A stretch of DNA of 64,000 nt from Podarcis muralis (Eukaryota), in NCBI RefSeq assembly GCF_964188315.1, contig NC_135668.1, positions 29,884,001 through 29,948,000 of the forward strand. The letters are read 5' to 3'. Shown in pieces: positions 39,359 through 49,349 of the stretch. Made by a program: the position numbers and the translations under genes. Numbering within the stretch: the stretch's first letter is position 1; each line of letters opens with the position of its first letter. Under the pieces are notes generated by a model. That model was not told the origin of the DNA and did not search any database. It was given only the letters and a program-made list of their open reading frames with translations.

Positions 39359-39891
39359 GAAGCAACGTCCTCTTCTGCCCTACACACAAAGCCAGCCCAC
39401 AAGGAGCCAAGCAGGCAAAGGACAGAATACATCAGAACACAAGAAGAGATGTCCTGCCTCCATGGAGGCAGAAGATAGCTATTGTGGCTAGTAGCCACTG
39501 ACAGCACTCTTCTGGTCTTAATTTTTTTTAACCCTTTCCACGTTGGTGGCAATCAATGCCTCTTGTGGGAGCCATGCCAGTGACTCTTCCTTTTGTCTAT
39601 CACAGCAGGGATTAGGGCAAAGTTTGTTCACAAATGCCACAACCTTGCCAGCTGCTCTTAGAGTTCCAAAGCAACATGAAGGGAGGGAAGGCAGGGGCAG
39701 CTGGCAGAAGAGCTTAATTGGCACCTTGCTTCCTAGAAGGTCCTTGCCTCTAGGGAAGAAAGAGTCTTTCAGTTTAGGAGGGTCTTTCTGCTCCAGAGCA
39801 CTTCTTGCCATGGCGATGTCCCCACGGGGCTCCTGAGCTTCCAGATGCCAGTCAGGCCAGTTGGCACAGGGCAGGCGAGGGGGTGTGAAGG

Positions 39892-39954
39892 TCAGCCTTG
39901 AGATGCCGGGGGAAGGAAGCCCTCCAGGAAAGCCACCAGCTCATCGGGGAGAAT
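39892..39954 (-). CDS. MESP1: MESP1-like exon 2 (ILPDELVAFLEGFLPPASQG*)
   Basis: Strong acceptor ctctcttgcctctctttccag|ATT, phase 0, 20 aa then TGA. The peptide resembles the MESP1 C-terminus (LLPGDVLALLETWMP, from memory). Confidence 0.82.
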   Translation of the reverse strand: MLPDELVAFLEGFLPPASQG

Positions 39955-40446
39955 CTGGAAAGAGAGGCAAGAGAGAGAGAGAGCAATGTAGGGGGTCAGC
40001 ATCAGTCAAGGGCAAGTGGTCAGGGAGGGGGGCAGAAGGAGCCCTCTGTTCTTGGCTGTCCCCTGCTTTGCCTTATGCTCAGCTGCTGAACAGGAAACTG
40101 AACATCTGAATTAGACCCACTGGTCCATCTAGCTCAGTATTGCCAGCACTGACTGGCAGCAGCTCTCCAGGGTTTCAGGCAAGGGTTTCTCTCCCAGCCC
40201 TATCTGGAAATCCCATTGGGATTGAACTTGGGACCTTTTGCATGCGTAGCCCGGAGCTGCGACGGTCCTTCCCGCTTTAAGGCTTCCCTTGAACCTGCCC
40301 AGGGGGAGCAGAGAATAGCCGGGAGTCGGAAGGGCCGTTTGCAGCTGGAGGAGGCCCAGAGCTGCATGCAAAAGGCCACATGCTCAAGGCGCTGCCGGTC
40401 CGCGCTGGACGGAGCTTGCTGCCCAGGTGTGGCTCTAGGGACGTAC

Positions 40447-41142
40447 CTGCGAGGAAAGATCCAGCTCCGCAGTCCAGGGCGGCTCTGTTCGCCCGCCTCC
40501 GTCGGTGGAGGACTCGGCAGGGGCCCCGATTCCGGAGCAGGACGGAGAACCCAGCAGCCAGGGGGTCGACGGCGAGGCAGGGGAGCGACAGCAGCAGGAG
40601 GCGTCGAGGGGGTCCTGCTGGATGCCGCGAGACCAAGCTAGGGGATCGGGCGCCGTCGGGGGGCGTCGGGCAGCGCGGGCCAGCGCCTCCTCGCTGAGAC
40701 CCAGCTGCTCGGAGAGGTGCGCGATGTAGCGGCTGGCCAGGCGGAGCGTCTCGATCTTGGTCAGGCTCTGCCCGGCAGGCGCCACCGAGGCCGGCAGGTA
40801 GAGGCGCAGCGTGTGCAGGGCCTGGGCCAGGCGCCGCATGCGGTGCTTTTCGCGCTGGCTGGCGCTCTGGCGCTGCCCCAAGCCTAGCCGGGCCCGACGG
40901 CCGCTTCCGCTGCTGCTGCTGCCGCTGCTGCCTTTTCTGGCCTCGAGGCCCGCGCTGCTCCAGGGGCAGGGCGAGGGCGAGAAGCCGCAGGAGTCCGGAG
41001 AAGAGGCCGGGGAGGCGCTGCTGGAGCCGTCGGGCCAGCCCCACGTCGGGTACTGGGGCTGAGGCTGAGGCTGGGCGGCCCAGAAGGAGGGCAGCTCCAG
41101 AGGTGGGCTCCCGAGTGGGGTAGTGGGGTAGCCGTGGGCCAT
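40447..41142 (-). CDS. MESP1: Mesp-family bHLH transcription factor, exon 1 (MESP1-like)
   Basis: Strong-Kozak ATG at 41142 (gcagccATGg). Encodes ...QRQSASQREKHRMRRLAQALHTLRLYLPASVAPAGQSLTKIETLRLASRYIAHL..., the Mesp bHLH, plus N-terminal WGW..SSSASPASSPDS. Phase-0 donor CAG|GTACGT after 232 codons. CpG-rich. Position and orientation match human MESP1(-)/MESP2(+)/ANPEP(-). Confidence 0.88.
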
Positions 41143-41189
41143 GGCTGCAGCCGAGCTGGCTCTGGGAGAACGCAGAGGCGGCCGCCGGC

Positions 41190-41263
41190 CTTTATGCCGG
41201 CCCGAAGGTGTGAACTGGCACCTCCGCGAAGCCCAGCGGCGCATCAAAGCCGGGCCCTTTGAA
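41190..41263 (-). promoter_or_regulatory. MESP1 proximal promoter: CATAAA box, double T-box palindrome, two TCF/LEF sites
   Basis: On the minus strand: AGGTGCCAGTTCACACCT (41206-41223) then GCATAAAG (41190-41197). On the plus strand: CATCAAAG at 41242-41249 and CTTTGAA at 41257-41263. Confidence 0.7.
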
Positions 41264-41467
41264 TGGGGGGAAGGGAGTACCACCCCGGCCGAGGGGGGTC
41301 CTCTTTGGGGACGTTGGGGACGCCCCTTCCCTTCTCTAAGAGACCCTAATCCACCCGCAACAAGTTTCAGGAGAAAAGCGATTATTTTTTTCACGCAGTG
41401 CCTAATTAAAACTGTGGAACTACCTCCCGCAGGAGGCCCTCGTGACCACCAACTTTCGTGGCTTTAA

Positions 41468-41790
41468 TAGAATCATAGAATTGCAGAGTTGGAAGGGACC
41501 CCAAGGGTCATCTAGTCCAACCCTCTGCAATGCGGGTATTTCAGCTAAAGCATCCATGACAGATGGCCATCCAACCTCTGCTTAGAAACCTCTAATGAAG
41601 GAGAGTCCACAACCTCCCGAGGGAGTCAGTTCCACTGTTTAACAACTCTTACCAACAGAAAGTTATTCCTGATGTTTCGTTGGAATCTCCTTTCTTGTAC
41701 AGTAGCTTGAATCCATTGGTTTGGGTCCTGGCCTCCGGGGCAGACTTGCTCCATCTTCCATGTGACAGCCCTTGAGATATATTTGAAGAT
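41468..41790 (-). mobile_element. CR1 LINE 3' fragment upstream of MESP1
   Basis: ATAGAATCATAGAAT tail; reverse peptide FQRNIRNNFLLVRVVKQWN. Confidence 0.8.
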
Positions 41791-43546
41791 GGAATTGGAT
41801 TTGCTGGAAGCCACCGGAGGGAAGCGTGCTCTTGTGCTCAGGTCCTGCTAGTGGGCTTCCCGTAATAAGAGTCCGGCTGCCCACTGTGAGAACAGGACAC
41901 TCTACTAAATGGGCCCTTGCTTCTTATGGGGGGTGAATGGGGCGCCTCAACTTGGGCAGGTGGGATGAGACATGAGTCTGACTGACCGGGAACAAAGGAA
42001 ACCTCATTGGCTTTGGAAGGGGCTCCCAGGTGCCAAAGCAGCGCCCAAGGGCAGCAAGTGCCACATGCAAAGGCAGGCATCAGGGCCTGCAGCAGCTCCC
42101 TGCCCCGCCACAGGCCAGGGACAAAATTGAGCCCCTCCTCAGCCAAAGGAGGACTAGATCAGCTTTCCTCTATCTGGTGCCCTCCAGAGTTTTTGGAGTA
42201 CAACTCACATCAGCTGGAGGGCACCAGGTTGGGGAATCCCAAGCTTGGTCCAAGGACTGATAGTCATGTGGTTTGTGTTCCCTGCCCCTAAGGAATATGA
42301 TGCAAAGCAAGTTTCCCTCCTAACTAGTCAGTCTTTGGTGCATGTGATTTAGCCTTTGCTTTTTCAGGGTACAGTAAGCATAAGCATCGTTTGCCCTTCC
42401 AACACCCTTGCAAGGTAGGCCTCCCAGTGAGCTGTATGGCTCTTTGTGCATGGCACACACTAGGCCCCCAAGTTACTTACTGTATGATCTGTTGTGGCTG
42501 GAAAATGCCTCCAGTGCCAGGAACCTGCACGGTATATCTAATCCAGCCTGAGGGCCTCAGTTGGACAGTTCCAGGAGGGATGCCCCTCCAGAAGCCCCTC
42601 TTTGCTCACTGAGAGGATCTACCAGCCACTGGCACAGGGACTTCTCTGTGGTAGCCCCAACCACCCCTGCATATATAGAATACTCTCCCCCAAAGAGGCC
42701 CACCTGGAGCCAACCTTGCCATTATTTTGGCATCATGCAAATACATCTTTTGTGTTCTTGGGCAACACCAACAATATTTGGATATATTGTACAATCTGTT
42801 TCTAATCTGTTTTTGTCATTTTATTATTGTATTTTCACCTTGGTTGTAAATCAGTTCAGGACTTCTTTAATGGGGAACGGCATACCGATTTGTCAAACCG
42901 GAATCAGCCCTGACCTCAAGAATCAGGCCTCTTCTTATCCAGGGTGCAGTTTCCCAGCCTGGAGACCTGGCACCACCAGGAGCCAGCGAGAGGCCTGAGG
43001 AATGTGCCCAGCCGGCCAGTCACACCCTCCCTCTAATGAGCTTTGGGTCCCCTCCTCTGCCAGCCAGAGGAGGAGCAGAAGGATGCCTGCTGGTTGCCCA
43101 GCTCACAGGGTAAAAAGGTTTGCCACTGGCATATGGGCACATGCACTCACTCAACCCACATCTTGAGGGGCACCAGGAGGAAGCAAAGCAGCCTCTAGCA
43201 TACCCAAGGGTTCAAACTTCAGGTGGCAAACAGGGGGGAGAGAGAGCTGGAGTCTCCTTCCTCAAGGCTGTTGACTTGTTAGGAGTTCCCTTCAGTTTAG
43301 TATCAGTTATTGCATAGTATTCATCCCCAGCCCAGATGGATGGATGCAGCTTGTTGGGAGGATGTGGAATGAAACTTACTGGCCTCTCTGTGGAGCGAGA
43401 TCTCATGATAATAGTGGCCATCAAGCCCCTCTGGGTGTGAGCCAGAGTGCGGGTGTCTGCAATACCCCAGATGCGAGGTAGGGTGGGGCCCCTGGATCTA
43501 TGAAGATTGAGTCTTGAGTCCAAACAGTGTGGTGTAGTGATTAGAG

Positions 43547-43682
43547 CAGTGTTTCCCAACCTTGTGCCTCCAGCTGTTTTTGGACTACAATTCCCATCAT
43601 CCCTTGCCACTGGTCTTGCTAGTCAGGGATGATGGGAGTTGTAGTTCAAAAACAGCTGGAGGCACAAGGTTGGGAAACACTG
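43547..43682. mobile_element. Palindromic hAT MITE inserted in a SINE
   Basis: CAGTGTTTCCCAACCTTGTGCCTCCAGCTG...CAGCTGGAGGCACAAGGTTGGGAAACACTG; TSD GATTAGAG. Confidence 0.85.
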
Positions 43683-44253
43683 GATTAGAGAACTGAACTA
43701 GGACCTGGGAGACCAGGGTTCAAATCCCTAGTCAGCCGTGAAACTGACTGGGTGACCCTGGGCCAGTCACTGTCTCTCTCCACCTAACCTGCCTCGCAAG
43801 GTTGTTGTGGATTAAACAAGTAGAGGGAGAACCATGTACACCATCTTGAGCTGCTTTGAAAAAAGTTGGGATAAAAATGCAGTAAAAAACCCAAAACCTG
43901 TTGGAAATAGATGCATCTAGAGCAATGTGGGAGATTTGTACACTAATTTGTATTTCTTTGTTAGGCACAATCTTATCTCTTGTTTAGATGTAAGCTGTTA
44001 AATTAGGTTGGTTTATTTGTATTATTTTATGCAAACTTGTGTGGATTGATTTTTAAATATATATATATAGTAATAGTTGATGTCATTCCTAATTTTTGCT
44101 AATCTATCTATTGAATTGCTATACTTGTTCCTTTGATATGTTATGAGCCACTTTGAGAACAGTTTTGTGGGAAAGTGGGATTCAAATAAACAGATGATGG
44201 TGTTGGTGACTTTCCATTGCAGGCCTGATTGCACTGAGTTTTCCAAACTGAGC

Positions 44254-44293
<40 letters not shown>

Positions 44294-45039
44294 GCTCCCC
44301 CATTCCCAGCAGATTCTGCCTTGAGCCCTGGACTAGTCTCTGGAGCCCACTGTCCCAGAGTGTGAAACAGCTGGACGGACTACGGCAGGGCGGGGGGGGG
44401 GGCAGCTTTCCCAGGCCCTGCCTAGGAGGCCCTTGACACCCCTGGTGTAAAGGTTGCCAGGGAAACCCAGCCTTGCCGTTCTGGGAAACAGACCTTTTGG
44501 GGAAAGATCCAGAGGGAACGCAGAGCAAAGGCAGCTTCCAAAATACCGACGTGGGCTAAGTGTGATGAGACAACAAGAGCTGAACACAAACACCAGCACA
44601 CCTGGGCAAGCACTGGTGGGCTCAGGAGAGACCCCCATGCAAGCACTGCATCCTGGGAGAGCTGGATGGGGGGGTCCCTTGTGGAGGATGGAGCATAGGG
44701 CATCTTTGTGGTGATGGCTGCTGCCAGGTCAGGTATCTGATGAGTGACAGCCCCTTACCTGCACAGGAGGGATGAGCCCAACACGGAGGAGCAATGGCGA
44801 GCACCCTCTGGGGCACACCCTCTAGTACATGCAGAACACACTCAGGGTTTGGGGGTATTGGGGACTCCTACTACCTATGTATACAATCATGCCTGGTGTG
44901 ATGAAAGTGGATAGAGATATTTTCTCTCTCATAATCCTAGAGCCCAGTGGGACGATCCAATGATGCTGAATGTTAGCAGGTTTAGAGCAGAGGAAAAGGG
45001 GGACCGCTTCACACAGCACAGAGGAGGATGGCTTTACTA

Positions 45040-45272
45040 CAGTGGTACCTCAGGTTAAGAACTTAATTCATTCTGGAGGTCCGTTCTTAACCTGAAACTG
45101 TTCTTAACCTGAGGTACCACTTTAGCCTCCCACTGCCACCCTGCCGCCGGAGCACGATTTCTGTTCTCATCCTGAAGCAAAGTTCTTAACTTGAGGTACT
45201 ATTTCTGGGTTAGCGGAATCTGTAACCTGAAGTGTCTGTAACCTGAAGTGTCTGTAACCCGAGGTACCGCTG
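45040..45272. mobile_element. Tc1/mariner (Tigger-like) MITE
   Basis: TA|CAGTGGTACCTC...GAGGTACCGCTG|TA. Confidence 0.8.
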
Positions 45273-47674
45273 TATTTGACAATTGTGCATTACTAGAACT
45301 GGTGTGGTGTAGTAGTTATCGAGTGGGGGAGAACAGGGTTCAAATCCCCACTTGGCCATTGATCTCACTGGATGGCCATGGTCCAGTCACTGCCTCTCAG
45401 CCTAACCTATCTCACAGGGTTGTTGTCGGGATTAAAGGAGGAAACACCCAGGGCCCTAGGGAGTTGGCACCTATGCCGTGGTGTTCTGTATAGCTACTAA
45501 CACAGAGAAGGAAAGTTCAGAGTTTGGACACTGAATTGGGGAGGCCTTGTCATCATAGAACTGCAGAGCTGGAAGGAACCTCAAGGGTCATCTAGTCCAA
45601 CCCCCCTGTAAACATTTTGATTACAGAAAAGACTAAGGCTAAGGAACAGCTAAGGATGTGCACATCCGAGGTTTTTCAGATAAAGAGCAGCTTGGAATGC
45701 CCAATTCGGGGATGAAAAGGCCTCCAGTGATCATTGCAGAGTATGGGTCCATCCCCCGTCCCCTGGCTTTCTCCCACACCACCTCCCACCCTGTGGACCC
45801 CAATCTCTGGCAGCTTTTCCCAAGCGCTGTGAAATCTGTTTGTGGGTCAGCTTCTCAGGGCAAGGGGGCTGAGTGTGAAGACCTTCTCTCCTCCACTTGT
45901 CCAAATAAGGACCTGGGGAAGTGTGAAGAGGCCCCCCCGGGCAGATTTCAATCCCCGCTTTGGATCAGTTTAGCTGCACCACAGCTAATGATATTCAAGG
46001 TGTGAAGGGGAGGGTAGAGGGGGGGAATCCATGGGCCCTGCTGCTGCAGGAGGGCAGAGGCAGATTGCCTGGCAATGGCAGGCAGCAGAGGTCCAAAGTG
46101 AATGGGGTTCAGAAGAGTCCTGCAGCTGGAACAGGGCTAAAGCCCACATTGCTCAGCATCCTGGGCTCATGGTGGCCAACCTAATAGTAACTCCACGCAT
46201 GTGCTATAGCCATCTCTTGTTGTTGCTTCCCAGCCACTGGGGGTGCCTCCTGTTCCTGTTGGTGGTGGTATGACACAGCCTTCATGATTGACAGCTTAGC
46301 CATGATTCCTGCATTGCAGGGGGTTGGGCTAGATGGCCCTTGGGTCAGGTGCCTTCCAACCCTACAATTCTATGAGCACCAGGGTAGTGCAGTGGTTATA
46401 GTGTTGGACTAGGACCTGGTAGACCAGGGTTCAAATCCCTGCCCATCCATGAAGCTCCCTGGGTGACCTTGGGCCAGTCACACACTCTCAGCTTAAGCTG
46501 CCTTGCAGGCTTGTTGTGAGTTAAAATGGGGAAAAGGAGATCTATGCTTTCATCTTGGAGAAAAGGTTACAGCAGGTAGAGAAGAATCCAGTGACTGACA
46601 GATGAAACGGCATGGGCATGTGCTCTCAGGAAGGCAGTGGAGAAGTCCTCTTTAACTTATTTTCATGTATTTATTTGTTTCTTTATGAAAATTTTTATAT
46701 ACTGCTGTGTCATGAAAAATATATTGCGGCAGTTTGCAGCAATAAAGCCATATAAGGAAAAGTTAAAAACAGACATCAGTTAACCTGGTGGAACAGATAG
46801 GTTTCCGCAGGCATTTAAAAGTTGGCACAAAAGGAGCCTGCTGACTCACAAGTGGCAGAGAGTTCCACAGGACTGGACCTAAGAGCTCAGTTGCTTGTTG
46901 TTGCCAAACAAGCCTCGCCAATTTGAGGAATGACCGATGCTGCTCCTGCAGATGGTCTCAGTGATCAAGTTGGGATATTATAAGGGTTCAGGCAATCCCC
47001 AAGGTAACCAGGACCAGTCTCTCTGACCCCAGCACCAGGTGCTTCCCAAACAAAAAGATGGTGCTCCTATAGACAACAGCAACACCCCTGACTCAAACCC
47101 CCAGTCTGGCTTGGTGCACCACTGAACAACCAGGTGGGCAGAGCTGGGTGACGTCAGGTTTGCCCAGCTTCCTCGCCTAAGCCAGATCAGCCCACTCATC
47201 CACAATCACAGAATGATGGAGCTGGAAGGGATCACGAGGATCATCTAGCCCCCTGCAATCCAGGAATCTTTTGCCCAACGTGGGGCTCGAACCAGAATGC
47301 TGAGATCAATCTATCCCAACATCAAATTGTGAAAGAGCATGGATTTATTACAGATTGATTTGGCATCCAGCAACAGCATCATCAGGCCAGAGGGTTCAGT
47401 GGATATGCTGCCAGTAACCTCCGGTGGAGTGAGAGGGCTAGAACGAGGAACAGAGGCCAAACACCCAGGCCTCTGCCCCAAATGGTGGTCAACCCCACCA
47501 CTCCCACTGTGCCTTCCCCTGCCCACCACCACCACTGGAATTGGGGCACCATCTTGAGCACTACCTGCCCACCCAGAAGCATTAATTAACACACCGCCAT
47601 TCATCTGCTAGGTGGTGGAGGGAAAGAAAGGTCCAGTACTATATGCATCCCACATGATGTTACTCTCCTGAATA

Positions 47675-47899
47675 CAGTGGTACCTCAGGTTACATACACT
47701 TCAGGTTACAGACTCCACTAACCCAGAAATAGTGCTTCAGGTTAAGAACTTTGCTTCAGGATGAGAACAGAAATTGTGCCCCGGCGGCGCGGCAGCAGCA
47801 GGAGGCCCCATTAGCTAAAGTGGTGCTTCAGGTTAAGAACAGTTTCAGGTTAAGAACGGACCTCTGGAACGAATTAAGTACTTAACCCAAGGCGCCACA
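47675..47899. mobile_element. Tc1/mariner MITE, same family as 45040, inverted
   Basis: TA|CAGTGGTACCTC start; internal sequence is the reverse complement of 45040-45272. Confidence 0.75.
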
Positions 47900-48320
47900 T
47901 ACAAGGCAAGGAGAAACAAGGGACTGGGAACAGCTTTTCTCCCTCTCCCATGAAGGCCATGCTGTCCAATAGGAGGGAACCTCCTATTGTCAGGGAAGAC
48001 AATTTCTCCCTCTCTCTGGATTTGTGGAACCTTCCTGGGAAGAGAAATCTACAGGTCCTGCAGCAAGCAGCTTTGCACATTTTGGGGTGCTGGGGAAGTA
48101 ACTGCAAGAGGGAGCAGGACGGGTCTCCTTGGAGGCAGGTCAAGGTCCCCTCATATTCGCTGCGAGGGCAACTACTCAGGAGCCCTGGCCAAGGAGGGGA
48201 GGCAGTAGGAGCCAAGGGAGGCTTGGAAAGAGAATTAGCAGCTGACAGGACTGTGTGAATTGCCTTCTGCACACTTCCCAAGCCCAGGGTGGCAACGATC
48301 AGGAGCAGAGCAGCGAAAAG

Positions 48321-48442
48321 TCACACCTTTGCAAATGAGGCCGCCTTTCCCACAGCTCCAGGGCTGGGGTCCCCCCTGTGGCCTTTGACCCCTCCCACAA
48401 ACCTGCGAGGTGCCACTTCACACCTCCCAGGGCAGCATAAAG
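48321..48442 (+). promoter_or_regulatory. MESP2 proximal promoter/PSM enhancer: T-box, RBPJ and CATAAA elements
   Basis: TCACACCT 48321-48328; TTCCCACA (RBPJ) 48347-48354; CTCCCACA 48392-48399; AGGTGCCACTTCACACCT 48408-48425; GCATAAAG 48435-48442. Confidence 0.72.
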
Positions 48443-48488
48443 AGGACCCCTCCCACGTCCAGGCCAAAGTGGCCGCTGTCCTCCACTC

Positions 48489-49349
48489 ATGTCCGGCTCT
48501 CCAGCCCATCTCTTTGGCCAGGACCTCCTTGTCCCCAGCTGGGCCATGACGTGGGGCCAGGCCGGCTCCTGCTCTGCCCCCTCCGTGGGCATTTGCAGCC
48601 CCTCCACGGCTTACAGCCGGAGCCTGGTCCCAGAGCAGGCCCACCGCTGGCTCCCAAAGGCCAGGGCACCCCAGAGGGCATCATGCCTCGCTGCCGGCAG
48701 CCAGCGCCAGAGTGCCAGCCAGAGAGAGAAGCACCGCATGCGACGCCTGGCCCAGGCCCTGCACACCCTGCGCCTCTACCTGCCCACCTCGGTGGCACCA
48801 GCTGGGCAGAGCCTGACCAAGATCGAGACGCTCCGCCTAGCCATCCGCTACATCACCCACCTCTCTGAGCAGCTGGGCCTCAGTGAGGAGGCGCTGGTGC
48901 AGAGGAGGGCAGTGCTGGCACGGCCTCACTGCCCCCTGTGCCTCTCAGGGCTTGGCTGCTGCCAGGCAAGGAGGTCAGACCAGGACACCACAGAGTCCCC
49001 GGCCCAGGACCGACCAGCCCCTGAGACTTGGATGGGCTCCCCAACCTGCCTGATCGGAATGGGTCAGGGGGTCCAGGTCCCCGACTCTAGAACCTGGCCA
49101 CTGCCTCCTTGTGGCCTCCAGGATGAGACTCCTGCTGCCGTTGCAGAAACCTGGGTGCCTCCAGCGCCCTCTCTTCAGATCCAGGCCTCTCCTGAGCTGC
49201 AGAGGACTCCTTGCCCTCCCTCACCTTGCATGAGGTCGCCCATGGACAAACCAGGCAGAGTCTGGCCTGGGGAGCAAACAGCAGCAGATGCCCCTGTTGT
49301 CACCTGGGAAGGGCCAGCCTGGGACCTTGAAGAGCCACCTGGCTGCAAG
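48489..49349 (+). CDS. MESP2: Mesp-family bHLH transcription factor, exon 1 (MESP2-like)
   Basis: ORF 48489 starts MSGSPAHLFGQD and contains QRQSASQREKHRMRRLAQALHTLRLYLPTSVAPAGQSLTKIETLRLAIRYITHLSEQLGL, then CPLC and W-GSP-C motifs. Phase-0 donor AAG|GTAGGT at 49349/49350. An alternative start ATG lies at 48546. Confidence 0.86.

Larger units (their letters stand above)
40350..41330. promoter_or_regulatory. CpG island over MESP1 exon 1 and promoter
   Basis: Very high GC and CpG density. Confidence 0.75.

Noticed and set aside
40277-41044. 255-aa overlapping ORF and similar ORFs at 48410-48868
   Set aside because: Alternative frames of the GC-rich Mesp exons; no independent support.
41143-41394. 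N-terminal extension of ORF 40435..41394 (MKKIIAFLL...)
   Set aside because: It runs through the promoter elements. The strong-Kozak ATG at 41142, just downstream of the CATAAA box, is the plausible start.
44160-44180. RBPJ-like GTGGGAA between the Mesp genes
   Set aside because: It lies within a LINE-tail-like repeat, so it is probably incidental.
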